This document shows, piece by piece, positions 9,142 to 22,884 of a DNA stretch of 55,015 bases. The DNA comes from Vezdaea acicularis. Its lineage: Eukaryota. The position numbers and the translations under genes are program-made. How positions within the stretch are numbered: position 1 is the first letter of the stretch; each line of letters starts with the position of its first letter. The notes below the pieces were generated by a model. It saw only the letters and a program-made list of their open reading frames with translations, was not told the DNA's origin and searched no databases. Location of the stretch: contig JAPEUI010000104.1 of the NCBI GenBank assembly GCA_026025075.1, forward strand, positions 1 through 55,015. The letters run 5' to 3'.

Positions 9142-11694
9142 GGTGATAGCAGGACCTGTCCCAACGCGAATATCAGACTCATTGAAGCCTCGACGCTCAC
9201 ACGCGACCAGCACATCATGGGAAGTTGTTTGAGAAGTAGCAGAGTATATGTAGCCAAGGCGTGAAGCATCGGCCAAGGTAAAGTCCGCGTATCACGGCAT
9301 TGAATGTGCGAACCCGACATCTTGACAGACGTTATGCGTGACTGAACACGAGATTGCCACCTGAAACGACCTATGCGCACAGGATGCAATGTCTGAGAGT
9401 GACTATGAGGAGGGTGGTCAAAGAGCTGGCACAGACCAACTGGAATGTTAAAGTGTCTATGCTAGTCCTTTTTTCCCTTGGGCGGGAATATTGCGGCCGA
9501 GGCAAACGATGATCCTTCGCATTCGTCGCATAATCGATTAGTCGCTTCGACGATAGAGACCTACTGAAACCGAGCATGAGAGCTCTCAACAAGCGATAGT
9601 TCAAACAAAATTTGTTTTATAGCTATCTTGACTTGAGACCTGCTTATGAAAGATTTAGATAAATAACGAATAGCGCAACCAGCTGGATTCAAAGCCATCC
9701 CAAGCGGAGTTTAGTGATGGACAAAGAACGAAAATCCCTCATGACTATTCTGATCCGTGACGCTATTCCCTGGCACTGGGAAAGCTGTCCCATGAAGCCA
9801 AGGATTCAAAGCCTAAAGAGTAAAATCCCTTCCCACTTAGGATATAAATCGGACTAGATCGAAGTTGACATTTTGGCAATAGCTCCCCATCTAGCTTGAA
9901 CGGAGTTATCAGTAGAGTGAATGTTCAGGTGCATAAGCGATAGCCGCGATGGTCCAAGCTTCCAAAACAGAGCCTAACCAAGTCAGGCACGCATGAGGTA
10001 AGAGGAAAACACTATAACACGTGGAGTGTCCATAAGACAAAAGGTAGAGTAAAACAAGAATGGTCTTGCACGTTAAGTCGAGGAAGCACAGGCAACATCA
10101 TAAAAGTAAAGCTGTGAGACGTTGCCGAGCTCTTGCCCGATTGACAGCTATAGATCCGAAAGGGTTCGAGCTCTTTCAAAAACCCAGGACTGGTCTGCCT
10201 AAGGAAGGCTCTGACGCAAAACGTGGCCTAGCGAGCCTCGGAAACCTCCATCACGTACTACGTGCCATAAAGGCGAATTAAGTCGTCCGTTCGTCATGAG
10301 TCATTCTGAATCCACCCGATGAGAACCTAGTGAAGGAAGCAAGCTAGCATATTCATGTAGAGAGCGCGGTGTCGCAGCGAGATGTCCCTTATGTCGTTTG
10401 AAAGAATTGGAGAGAATATCTGAGCTCGCCAGTAGCCAAGAGCAGGCCAGAAGCAGTTTAAATACGAAAGAAATATGTTTGTTCAGCCTCGGTACGAAGA
10501 CTGCTTTGGAGATTGTCAGAAAATATTTATTACAGGAAATACGAGTGAAAGATAAGTGAAGCAAGAGTAAAGTAGGACAAGTTGAAGTCCATGAACCTTG
10601 GTGAAACAGCCCTAGGGACGTGCACTGATCAAGTCAGTTGATCGGTGGGATGTCGGAAAGACTCGCACACATCTTGTGGCATAGTGAATGGATATTGAGG
10701 TGTAAGGATGTTCTGTCATTAGTGTGTTGGTGGGGCGCTTGAAAGGATGTCGAAGGATTGACTAGGTCAGGCAAACATTGCCCGACGAGAACAGGGGCGA
10801 TGTCATTCGTCAGCCTGTCATCTCGGTTTTGCGCACAGATGCCAGAGGTTTGGGCCAACACGCGTCATATCCGCAAGCAAGATCTCGGAGTCGGCACGCT
10901 TCGACGAGCTCGACAGGTGATGTACGCTCAGAGACTGGGCACAGGGGATGTATGGTTGAGCTGATGATCCCTCCCAATCACGGTAATGCTACTTCGCAAG
11001 GAAAAATAGAGATGCGGTTGTGTGACAGAGAAAGCAGCCAATCATTGCGTTGGCTCGCTAAAGCTCCTCGATAGAGCTAGCGGGGATTTCATTCTTTGTC
11101 CGTCTGGGTGAAAGCCAAGAGCTTCATGCCAGGCTGTCCCAAGATGAGGTGCAGCGCATTCTAAATGGTATCTGTCCCATGTATGAGAATATGCTATGTT
11201 GGCAAGAAGCCAAAATTGTTTGAATTGTGGGCACAACGTTGCTTTTCCACCAAGTTTGTTGCGTTTGACGGTCTTGCATGGCTCACTCGCCTCACCAAAC
11301 TTCAAAGCGTCAAGCTCAAGGGGTCAGCTAGAAATCATCTTACACCGCATGCAAAGATGAAGGCCACTCGCCTCACGGCATTGTACCGTCGTCGTCGCAG
11401 GCCTCCTTTTCGCAACTCGCCATCCTCCTTCATCTCTCAACAATGCTCATCATCCCCCCCAAATCCATTTGACACGATGTTGGCTAACGCTCAGCACAAT
11501 TTAAATAACAACGCGTATCCACTGGAATAATTTGGATTCACGCCTCTCTGGTCCATTTGCCAACTTTCAACCGCGGTCGATTCTGAAGGACCTCCTCTGG
11601 CTTCTCGTCGTCGCCGCACCCGACGAATCTTTATTGCTCTTCACCTACAAGACAGCATCTATCCACTTCTTCTATCACCCCCAGCTACCAAAGC

Positions 11695-12647
11695 ATGCCT
11701 CGTCTAGCATCCCGTCCGCAAGGGTCAGGAAGACAAAGCAAGGGACCAAGTAACTCCTTGACCGTGAAGTTGAAAGTCCCAGCGACAATCCTGGTACGAT
11801 TTGCACCAAAAGCAGCCTCCGAAAATACTCAATCTAAATCCTCCACGACCTCTTCATCAGCCACTCCTGCTGGCCCTATAGCTTCAGCCTCTCCGGCGGA
11901 GCAGGTGTCCGAGTCGAACAACACGCCGGCACCTGCTGCAACCCCGAATGCAAACAGCCTCCCTCCACCCGAACCGAAGAGACGGGGAATACCAGGCCCG
12001 AAACCGGGTTCTAAGAGAGGACCAGCTTTAGGGCCTGATGGCTTGCCGAAGCCAAGAGGCAAGCCGGGTCCGAAAAAGAAGCCCCGACTGTAAGTTCATG
12101 TCGGACGTTCTGTTTGCATAAAGTATCCCTTCGCTCGTGTTTCTCCTGCTGTTTTGGATTAAAGACTCGAAGTTGCTGAGACTTCCTCGTTTTCGTTGGC
12201 CAGCATGCATAACCTCTAAACCTCTTGAGTCCTCGATAACTAACTCTCCGTAGTGAGGACGGAACAATCGATCACGGTGCGGGTGGTCCTCCAGGACGTG
12301 GTGCAGGAAATACAAGTGCGGCCTATGCTGCTCAAAAGCTCGGACCCAAGGCGAATCAAGGTGCTATCAACGCTGGGCTTCGTGCCCTCGACCGGTCTGG
12401 TGCCCCTTGCCGCAAGTGGGAGAAAAAAGGGTTCCAGCTCAAGTCCTTCACGGGGGTCACTTGGGAACTACCTTGCTGGCGAGCTCCTCCGAAGCCCAAC
12501 GCAACCGGCGACTCGACGTCTAAAGAGACAAGCACCCTCACCGGCGGCGATAGCGAAGGCAAAGAGAACAAGGCGAGCAGTGACAATAGTAGCGCTCAGG
12601 CCGTCATGCCTAGCTCTCCCTTGACTCAAGTCTATACACCAGCATGA
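11695..12647 (+). CDS. IES4: INO80 chromatin-remodelling complex subunit Ies4; 2 exons
   Basis: Exons 11695-12089 and 12254-12647 (GTAAGT...TAG). The spliced product reads KPGPKKKPRLEDG...KLGPKANQGAINAGLRALDRSGAPCRKWEKKGFQLKSFTGVTWELPCWRAP, the fungal Ies4 signature. Confidence 0.85.
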
Positions 12648-14339
12648 ATTTACAGCCATGTCGCATCATATTTTTCGACCCTAGGAAGAACACGGGATGT
12701 AGAGGGCGCTGTGGAAGGTGGTGCTTGTGCGGTGTAAAAGGTTATTCATTAGATAAAACTAAAGAGAGTTCGGGATTGCATTGCGTTCTACGGCGTTTCT
12801 GACCGAACTTGTATTTGGAGACTTTTCCATATAGGCCAACCAGATCGAAAATCTTATTGGTCACAACATTGGGTTGAGATATCCTAATCATTTAACCCGG
12901 CGGTTGTCTGATATTGGACGACCTCACCACAACTCGTTTTTGGATTTGCGTATCCACAGCTTACTTCATGTACTATAAAATAATGATGCACGTGAGCACA
13001 TCAATCCCTTTTCTACCTCAATGGTTATTGCAGCAATATCTTAATGTTAACAGTTACTATGACTTTAGTAGCAGCAGCGACATCTATTTTCCGAAAACCA
13101 TTAACGCGGAGACATACCAGCGAATAAGCTGGATGGCCGAAATAATATTAAAAGGGGGATATAAGGTAGGGTCGGAGGGGGCTTGGGAAGCAAGGCAGCT
13201 AGAAACAAGACGATCTGATCTTGCCTCATGTGGGTCTGCGCAGCAATGTCATTATGGCAAAGACAATAAATGCAGCATAAAGAAGGACCCAATCTTCACT
13301 CGATTATGAAAGCATCACAGCTCGAATACCAGCATGGTTTGTTCTTTGATTGAAGGCGTCGTCGTGGCGATGATAATATCGACAAGAGAGGTGCAAAGTG
13401 GGTGTATCTTCAATTGAATTTGGAGGAACAACGGATTCATAAGATATACAATTTATGTTTACGTCGAAATGATTGCCGCGGCAATGCGATCACAATGACA
13501 GTAAGAGATAAGAGAGCAAAAAGGTGCAAGTTCAATTTCTGTAGCTACTTTACAGCCAAATATAAGAGACACTTGTCGTAGCAAGCTGCTGCAAAGTACA
13601 CTTGGGGAAGCGATATGTTTCCTTATCTCGCAACAAGGCGTAGATCTCTGGGCAGCGAAATCATACATATCTTTTTGTATTTGATCTGGATTCTATCAGC
13701 CCGTGACAACTTAACTCCAATTAAAAGCTCCCAAAAACAGGACGGATCAAAACGCAATCGTTTAACCCGGATTGGCGAACGTCTCACAGCTAATGTCTTG
13801 ATCTACAACATATTCTCTGGCAATCTCGGGACGAGTATGGAGCGTATCCGATTCATTTATCCTAACGTCTTTAAAGTTAAGGAGATTTTTGACTGCGTTT
13901 TCGATCGCAGGGTCTGTACAGTACTTCAAGGAAAGGTGTAACTGTCCTGGCTCACTTGTGTCTGCATGTGAGCATTTGATTTCTCACTAAACCTGCCCAG
14001 ACTGAAGCTTGCTCTGTTCGGTCTTCACTGCTGAATGTCCTGATAAAGGCTAGGCCCGCTACATAGCCTTTAGCCAGTAGCCAAGGCTTGACCATTGCAG
14101 ATACCGCCACCAAAGCGGAGGCCAACGGTGCGCCCGCGCGCAGGGGGATCCGTTGACATGCACTCAAAGAGGTCGCAGAGCCTACCGAGTACTTAGGACG
14201 ACGAAAAATCGCCCCATGGGATGTCTCGGCCCAGGTCACTCTTGATTGCCCGTGTCGCTGGGAGGAGTACCCCAGAAACGGCACTACTTACAGCACGACA
14301 CTGAAAGAGACACATTTGAGCATCATCCAAGACTTAGAT

Positions 14340-14818
14340 TCACGTTGCTTCATCATGGAAAGAGGCAAGCTCGTGAAGTACGCCCAGCTCCGTGAAGTAT
14401 TCAAGGCAGGCGAGCATCACGTCCTTCTTTACTTCCAGATGACAAGGTTGCGAGACTGATGGGCTTTGCTTGGCATTAGCCAAACATCTAAGTGTCAGAA
14501 ATGGTGCTGAATAGCTCTTGTTATGTTCGACACCGACTTACTGTATGAAGCAAAGACTAAAGATACAGTAGATGACGGTCTAGAGAATGGCCTAACTCTA
14601 TTATCCGGGGGTACATGGGTCAGAATCTTGAAATAACGATGAAAAGCTAACGTTGAGATTTTGAAAACAAGACTCGTTTCAGTGAGCAAGTTGAGCATCA
14701 AAGGAGGCTGTAAATTGCCTTGGTGTGCCAGGGGCCTGATAAGGGTCAAGGCATCGGCAGCGTCTGTATTAAACCTGAGGAGAGCTTCAAGTACGGGACG
14801 ACTTTCTGAACCAGCCAA
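14340..14818 (-). other. Possible small spliced ORF or gene remnant of unknown function
   Basis: The ORF from 14818 has a GTAAGT donor at 14541. A GCTAAT branch point and CAG acceptor at 14456 splice in frame to SQPCHLEVKKDVMLACLEYFTELGVLHELASFHDEAT*. No family recognised and the start is uncertain. Confidence 0.25.
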
Positions 14819-15578
14819 CGGTCTGATTGGACCTCGAGAATACTAGATCTAGCATTGAAGGTAACTTGGCGTTCTCTAAAGCAAAGCCAACCTGATATTC
14901 GCGTTAAGTATATTTTGAGTCGGCAATGAAGCGCTCATGACGTGATTAGCTCTACCAAGCAGCTGCCTTCATGAACTATACCTGTCACACTGTCGACATA
15001 ACCGCACAGCCTACAATCCAATCCCAATGCTTGACTTTTTGATGATACACGATTACTGGATGTTGTCGTAAATCATCATTATGAGAGCGGAGAGTGATAA
15101 GGGTTATCCCGTTGCGATACCCCCCCGCAAGCGACCGTAGTGCAAGCTCGGTACCGGAGCCCCTCAACCACGTACATTGTACCAGTACTCCCAGACCTCG
15201 ATTATATCCCCGACACGCATCAGAGGCTCAGGAGCCATTCACCACTCCCCATGGATTTTGCTCATAGCCATTCACTCTTTACTGCTGGGAGCTTCTCAGC
15301 ATTACTACAGCAATACACGAGTAATTCCCTGTGCTGTTGATTGCTAGGACATAGCGACGTAGCGGCATAATCCGTTGTCGTCTTGTCTCTAGCGGTCACG
15401 ATCTTAGGGCGAATTTTGGGGCCTAGCATACGGAAGTCTCGAGCAGAATACCGAAAAACTTGACGAATCATACAGAGGCAGCTTTATAGCTGTCCACGTG
15501 AACCAGTGTGTAGAACACAAGTTGTTAAGTGGTCTTCGTTGTCGTGAAAGCTATAGCCAGCAGTAAAACCTCTACAGC

Positions 15579-17995
15579 ATGTCAGATCGACAGACATACT
15601 GGGCTCCGGGTGGGCCTGCTGCGTCCAACTCTTCTGTGCCTGCAGCTGGATCCAGCCTCATGCCAAGACGATCGTCATATGCTTCGGTGCTTTCGGGAAC
15701 TGCCCAGGTCACCCCTCAAATTGCCCAGCAACCAACTAGAGCAGGAGCATTGGCTCATCTAGCGAGTCAAGCTTCTCCACCAGCTTATATACCGACTCAA
15801 ACCCCGCGACATCATTCTCGACATCCATCTCGAGGTTTAGATATGGACGGGCATCAGACTGGTGGAGCAAATAGTGGCTCGGGCTCCGGGATCAGGAATT
15901 CGTATCTGCCACCCTATTCAAGTCAGTATGGGTCTGTGAACTTTAGTTCAGGGTCCTACGAGCACGGAGGTCCCCCAAGCATCTTCACACCAACATACCT
16001 GAAAGAGTCGAAATACGTCGAACGTCTCAACGAAGCCCATGAAGCTCACGAGGCGCACAAAGCAAGACTAGACTCGACCAGAGACAGACGATCCAGCTAC
16101 TCATCGAATGGCGGCTCACTCTCTACAAGTTCAAGCAGTGCTAATTTACACAAGATGACGCCTTCCTATCGAGGCATGACATTCGATATTGTGGAGAAGG
16201 AAGATGATCGCCTTCTGCGCCTTCCCTCAAAATGGAACGAGCGAGACAAGATGGGACCTATAGAGATACAGGGAGATGGCAGGGATGTTCGCTTTGTAGG
16301 GCCCGGCAAATCTGGAGAGAACGAAGGTGCAGCTGTCAGAGCAGATCATGCAATGCCTCCTCAGTGTGGAATATATTACTATGAGATTACAATTCAATCT
16401 AAAGGGAAGGAAGGGTAAGCTGTTTTCTTACCCATACAATTCCTAAGTAACCCTGACTAAAACGAAAGTTTTAGTGGCATGATCGGAGTGGGTTTTTCTG
16501 GTCCAAAAGTCAATTTAGGGCGTCTGCCAGGATGGGAGCCTGAATCATGGGGATATCATGGCGATGATGGCAACGCTTTTAGTTGTAATAACTCGGGCAA
16601 GCCTTACGCTCCACCTTTCACCACAAACGACGTAATAGGCTGTGGAGTCAACTTTCGAACGAATTGCGCCTTCTTCACAAAGAATGGAATGAATCTTGGT
16701 TTGGATCCTTCACCTTTTCAACTGGTTGGGCGCTCTAACTAGGCCGTAGGCATTGCCTTTCGGGACTGCCGAGGACCTCTGTATCCGTCAGTCGGCATGC
16801 GAAGACCTGGAGAGCACATTAGAGTCAACTTCGGACAGTTTCCTTTCATATTTGATATCGATGGAATGGTAGCCGTAAGTTATCTCATAATATTTACATT
16901 CAAGAGGCCATCTTCTCACACCAAGCATAGAAGGAGAAAGAAGCAATTATGCGAGAAATTAACCTTACAAGTGCCGCGACTCTCAATCCGCCTCTAGGTG
17001 AGGATACCCTGATCAGAACTCTTATTGCCCAGTATCTCGCACATGACGGCTACGTCGAGACAGCCAGAGCCTTCCATGAAGATATCTACGACGAATGGAA
17101 ATCTCTGAAACTTCCTGAAATCCCAAAAGACAAACTTATAGCATTAGAGGAAGACCAAGACGCAGTACACCGGCAACGTAAGTGCACTTTCGAGCCCCAA
17201 TTGATAATCGCCCATAGACTAACGCTATTTACAGAGATTCGTCGTGCTATACTTGACGGTGACGTCGACAAAGCCATCAAATACACAGAGGAGTACTATC
17301 CAACCGTTCTCAACGACAACCCCCAGATCTACTTCCGACTGCGCTGTCGCAAATTCATCGAGATGACAAAATCTTGCTCCGAGCTCCTCAATCTCTCTCA
17401 TCACAGGCCAGTAAAACGCCATCCTTCTTCAACGTTAAACGGGCACTCCCACCACCCAGCTCTCTACGGCGATGTCTTTGTAAATGACATGGAGCTCGAC
17501 GAACATTCCACAGTGCCAGCTGCTGATGCAGATGGTACCGATCATGACTGGGAGAAGATGGAAACTGAAGATGCCACAAATAATAATGACGATGCCAATA
17601 CGCGCTACAAGGACTCGCTCGCAGAAATGATAAGCTATGGCCAGGAACTCCGAAGGGAATTTGGAGACGACTCAGGGAAGGAGAAAGCTTTGGAAGACAC
17701 GTTCCATCTGATAGCTTACGACGATCCCATGAGATATAAGGTTGCACACCTCCTGGAGCCCGCAGGTAGGACACCTGTTGCGGAGGAGCTAAACGGCGCA
17801 ATTCTTGGTAAGCCTCAGCGTTGTCAATCCATTCTCAATCAATGCTCACTAACGCATCGTCCAGTGAGCCTAGGCAAGCTTTCTTCCTCAAGTCTCGAAC
17901 GGCTGTATCAACAAACAGAAGTCCTCATTGACGAGCTAAGCGAAGAGGGCGGGCCAGGCGCTTTTGTCAACGTGGCGAAGGATATTATCCGGTGA
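15579..17995 (+). CDS. RANBP10: RanBPM/RanBP10 (Gid1/Vid30-like) SPRY-LisH-CTLH-CRA protein of the GID/CTLH ubiquitin ligase; multi-exon
   Basis: SPRY domain (RADHAMPPQCGIYYYEITI, LPGWEPESWGYHGDDG, DVIGCGVNF), LisH (LIAQYLAHDGYVETARAF), CTLH (IRRAILDGDVDKAIK) and CRA (LIAYDDP...VAEELNGAIL). The pieces are separated by GT-AG introns. Confidence 0.88.
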
Positions 17996-18292
17996 AACGG
18001 GAATGGGCTTTGAAAGGGGTTTTGTAACTAGGAGACCAGATTGCATACTAGGCGCGTCATGGGGCGTCTTGATCAAGAGGCTGGCGCTTTCCATTTCTTC
18101 TCTCATTCCAGTAAGGAGTGGAGTAATGCGATGCAAGTAATACTATACACAGTTACATTTTTGATAGCTTGATCTTGCGGTGCTTTGTGTGAGAGGAGTG
18201 AGCTATTGGAGTGAAGAGTGCCTCTATGTGCTAAGTGTCAGATGAAGTGGCGAGATACCCACGCGCTTTATTATTTCCAAGACTGGCAGGCG

Positions 18293-20462
18293 TTAGACTA
18301 TGCTTGGAGGCCCAATTTCCGGACCATTCTGCCTTTCTCCCGTCTTCGACTCCATATCAGCCTCCTTAATTTCACCCTCTCCTCCAGCCTCAGCACTCGG
18401 CACCGGCTCCGAACCTTGCCTTTTCCTTTTGTCGAAGATATACCCGCCTGTGAAAAAAGCCTACTCTATGATCAGCAGAATAACTCTCAACTTCTACCAA
18501 GAAGCTTACCGCAGGGATGGCCGAAACCCCGCTGAGCAGCCCCAATGTCCAAGTCATCGTTGCCCATCCAGCTCCCTGCTCCACAAAGCCCGCCCAAATA
18601 GGCCCCACAAGCGCACCCGCAGCGAAGGCCATGTTGAAAAGACCGTACGCTTGAGCTATGGCTCCTTTTGGGCCATAAAGGCCTGGATTGTTCTTCTCTT
18701 TGGCGATGACCGTGTAGCTGATTTCTGCCATGAGGGGTGGAAGGACGAGGGTTAGGGAGATTCCTAGATTGCTCAAGAATGAGTTATAGGGGTGAAAAAA
18801 GGATATTGTTGTTTAGAATGGGGGTCTTGCGGGGTGTTGCGGTCTTACCGACGAAAACGAGTAGCGCGCAAAGGAGGACTTTCTGCCTGATACTATCATG
18901 GTCCACCAGTCTCAGCAGAACGAGAAAGGGGAGACCTATGATGAAGCCCGCGACCGTGAACCATCTTGGACCGTACTTGTCCGCTAGTAACCCTGCAAGC
19001 TGCATTAGTAGCGCTACTCAAGAACGTAGACCGTACGTAGCATACCGGCTATAGGCGCAAGCAGGGATGGCAAGACGTCAGCAAGAAAGATAAGACCCGC
19101 CCCAGTAGAGTTCCAACCAAAGAGCCGATTCACGCGTAGGGGAAGAACGCTATCGAAGCTGATGAGAAGCGCAGCTTGGACCATGGAGCCCCACAGTGCG
19201 GTGAGCAGCCTGCGCGAGGCGAGAAGAGTTATTACGGGAGGAAGGTTGGAGTTGAAGCGCGCTTTTCGGCTTTGCGGGTTGGCTTGGCGGATCTGCTCTT
19301 TGCGAGTTGTGGAAGACTTCGTCGGGAGATTTGTGTCTCTGATAGGGGCTAATTCTATTGCGTCGGATGCTGCGGCGGTAGTGGGAGTCGAAGTCGGGTT
19401 TGGAAGGGGGAAAGGGGCACCAAAAACTATTTCCCCATCCTCGTTCTTCCACTTCTTTGCGGTCTTCTTCTCAATGAGTATCAAGCGTAGGATAATATCT
19501 ATGCCGATAAGGCCGAATGCCATAGCGAAAACTGCGTGATATCCAGCACGTGCATAAACAATGCCGCCCAAAATCGGAGAGATGAGGATGCCTACACTCA
19601 TGGCGATGGATACATAGCCCATCATCCGGCCGACCTCGTCTTTGCCGACGGTATCGACGATAAGGGCAAGGCCCACAACCCAGATGACGGCTGCAGACAG
19701 GCCTTGGAGGAAACGGGCGGCGATGAGGACACCGACACTTTTTCCTAGGACGAACATTATTGTCGAGCCGGTAAGAGCAAGGAGGCCTGTAAGCATCGGG
19801 CTTCGGCGGGAGGTTGTCCAGTCTGCGAACCAGCCGCATATTGCTTAATAAGTTTAGAAGATAGGGGTTGGAGGTAGTGATCAGGGGTCTTACGGGATCC
19901 AATTAGTAGGGCGGCGCCGTAGACAGCCAGGAGGACGGACACCCAGTGTTGAACTGACAATGCATTAGCTCAATGGTTGGATAGAAAACTAGGATTGACT
20001 CCTGGTGAAAAGATCTTTAATTGAAGAACTCAAATAGCGCACATATAAGCTTCCAAGTAGATTGATTGTGCTCAAGGATCTTGGACTGATCAGGACTAGC
20101 TTATTGACAGGTGATAGCAAAAACGCTACGAAAGCAATACGCTTCGCTCACCATTATCCTGGTGTACTCCGGACCTTGCCGCCAAAGCGAACGGAACAAC
20201 AGGTACAATCTAGATGCCAATCAGTATGGATGCCTAGCGACATAACCCATCTTAGACACAGCGCACGATTCCATATAAGAACAGATCCTAATCATTCTTC
20301 AGTACAGTTACCAGTTCTTGCAGCGCAAGAAAGACCTACAGTGAATATAGCGAACGATACAGTAAAGAGTATGAAGGCTTTCGAAGATCGGTACCGAAGT
20401 AGGTACGGCGGAGGTGAGGGTTCCCCAGGCGAGTCCCATAACCCGAGCCTTTGGACCCACAT
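18293..20462 (-). CDS. MFS transporter (amine/drug:H+ antiporter-like); multi-exon
   Basis: ATG at 20462 (MWVQRLG...YRSSKAFILFTVSFAIFT), followed by short exons DLFLYGI and IVPVVPFAL. MFS motifs ARFLQGLSAAVIWVVGLALIVDTVG, GLLADKYGPR and AQAYGLFNMAFAAGALVGP. The last exon ends ...GPPSIV* at 18293. Confidence 0.85.
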
Positions 20463-20942
20463 CGAGGTAGAATTAGTAGCAAAAGCAACTCTATTCAGCT
20501 ACAGGAACATCGTAACTAGGACTGTAAATGCAAAATAATCGCTTCGCTATCGTTCTCCAAGAGCAGAAAATGAGTCGCGCAAAAGCATTTAAATGCGCTC
20601 GCCGCCACCGACTGCTTGCAAGCGTAAGTATTCGTCACCACTTTAGTCGGAGCCAAGACGTCGGTGATCGCGGCATTTTGATTCCGATGTAAGTTTTGCT
20701 TTTCTCGTCGAATTTCGTCAATTGACGGGTCTGTCACCTATACCCAGGATAGGGTTCAAGACCTCTAGAGTACTAACTGGATATATGAACAGCTTCACTG
20801 CACTTTAGGGCGTGTTAGGACGCATGAACTATATTCTAGATGCCCAGACGAGCTCAAGTCTACTGGACGGGTTCGAGTTTATCAAAAAAAAGCCTAGTTC
20901 TGACCTAGAAAGCTGCAATCTAGATATGATCCTAGAGTGTAT

Positions 20943-22133
20943 TCATAGAAGGTTCATCAATTCGGTCCCGGTATCTGCGATGTTCGTGCCCCAATAAGTT
21001 GGTACTGTCTGCAGATAAAGCACCCCATCTTCGATCACCACTTCGTTGTAACTTCCCTTTACCAACTTATCAACGACACGTAAAGTGATCTCACCTTTAG
21101 GGACACCTTCTTGGAAGCCCTCTTGTAGCATGTCGTCGCCATTGAAGCCGTCACGTTGAATTTGGTCTGCCAGGTAGTAGAAGTAGTCGTAAGTAAATTT
21201 GCCAAAATTCGTATTCCAATCAGGGCCAACAACATCCCCATGTTTTTTGAGCTGAATAGCGTTGTTCTCGAAGTTTGGATTCAGCTTGATGGATGGCAAA
21301 TTGACTGCTGCTCCGATCTTCTTTTGGATTTTACCAATTTCGGGATCGTAGTCGGCGCTGATTGAGTGTCGAGCAATGATATCGAGAACCTGGCCGCCAC
21401 CAGCAAGTGGAGTTGCGTTTTTGAGCGCATTTGCAATATCTGAGCTTGCGTCGCTAACATTGGTCCCAAGATAGGTTTCCCTGAACACAAGCTGGAGGAC
21501 ACCCTCTGATACGATGGACCCACAGTAGCTAAATTTGCCCTCTGTATCAGGATACAAAGTCACCTGATGCTTGTAGCATGCTGAGTTAATCTCAGATTTT
21601 CCATCATCCTCGAACTTATTTAAGAACTCTTTGAGGTTTGAGATAAAAGGCTCCATATACCTGTATGGGCCTAATAAGCACATATACATTATAGCTCGAG
21701 GCAAATCCCGGAGCATTGGACTGACCACATGATGACATCCCCCATCCTTTCTTTTCCCGAGGAGTCTTCTGCATAAGCATAGCTTTCATTATCGGATAAA
21801 TGTCAAGATGTTTTGGTTAGGATGACTTCTTACAGCAGATTTGGGTTTGTCGGACAAGTCCACGTCTCTCCTAGTAATTCTGATATCTGGTTCTCAATAT
21901 CTGGACGTTTGCTCTCCCATTGATCTCGAACTAAATCATGATTGGCCAAAACCCTTCATAACGGGAAGTTCAAGCTGTTGATAGAAGTCATAGTATATTC
22001 AAGCAGTATTATCAAAGCAATGTGAATCATGACTCCTGTCTAACAGCTTGAGAACTTCCAGAGTGACTCTTGACGTACTATTCTTGCGGACCACGAGAGG
22101 CATTTTGTCCACCTGAGGCCTGAGAGAAGCCAT
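20943..22133 (-). CDS. Hypothetical protein with two tandem homologous domains; 4 exons
   Basis: ATG at 22133. Splices as MASLRPQVDKMPLVVRKN|IRDQWESKRPDIENQISELLGETWTCPTNPNL|LYAYAEDSSGKERMGDVIM|WYMEPFISNLK..., all junctions GT-AG and in frame with ORF 20943-21728. Confidence 0.8.
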
Positions 22134-22884
22134 CTTGGCTTCACAACGGTCAATCCTGGTTGCTTAATTCCCGGAAACTAGAATCTCAATTTCAACTTTT
22201 TAACTTAGAAAAGATGAGGATCTGAGATCGATAGCAAGAATTGAGTCCCACCTCCCGCAATATGACCGGTGAGTGTCCCGGTGGCGCCAATTAAGAGGCT
22301 AAGCCTTGAACGTGGCCGACTCAATAAAGCCCTCTCAATTCGATCACTCTTTAAGACGCGGCCTAGCACACCCCAGTAAGGCTCACTTGCTCAAGGCTGC
22401 TACTGCTGACACCTTACCTTCGGTAACATAGTACGCCCGCTCGCCACATAGTTACTGACCGACATTTCACGATATACTGAATTCCGGGTCATAATTATCA
22501 CGAATACGATTCACGTGTGACTTTGGGCTGCGCTGACACTCTGCCAAGCCGGCATCACGTGAGCACGCATAGAAAAGAGCGCGGGAAGAGCTGGGGCATA
22601 TACTGTATCCCAGTACTCCATTACATACGTGGAGATATCCATTCACTGCGGCCTGTAATCACTACTTCCTGGTATCTCTTGACATCCTACTGCGTGAAGT
22701 CTTCGCCCACGTCCTATCAAGCCTAGGCTGCTCATGTGCACGAGCCTCACAGCCCTTAGACGCTATTAAATAGTTCAGATGGTCCCCTAGCCAAAGTGTC
22801 GCCCGAGACATCCAGAACACCATAGCTCCTAACATCAAACGCCTAAGAAATTGATCCGACGATATCAAAAATATGATCCTTAAC

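Noticed and set aside
9142..9276. 45-residue N-terminal extension of the GH18 ORF in the ORF track
   Set aside because: It starts at TTG, whereas ATG 9141 directly precedes a signal peptide.
9300..11650. Short ORFs in the GH18-IES4 intergenic region
   Set aside because: No homology cues, splice model or repeat structure found.
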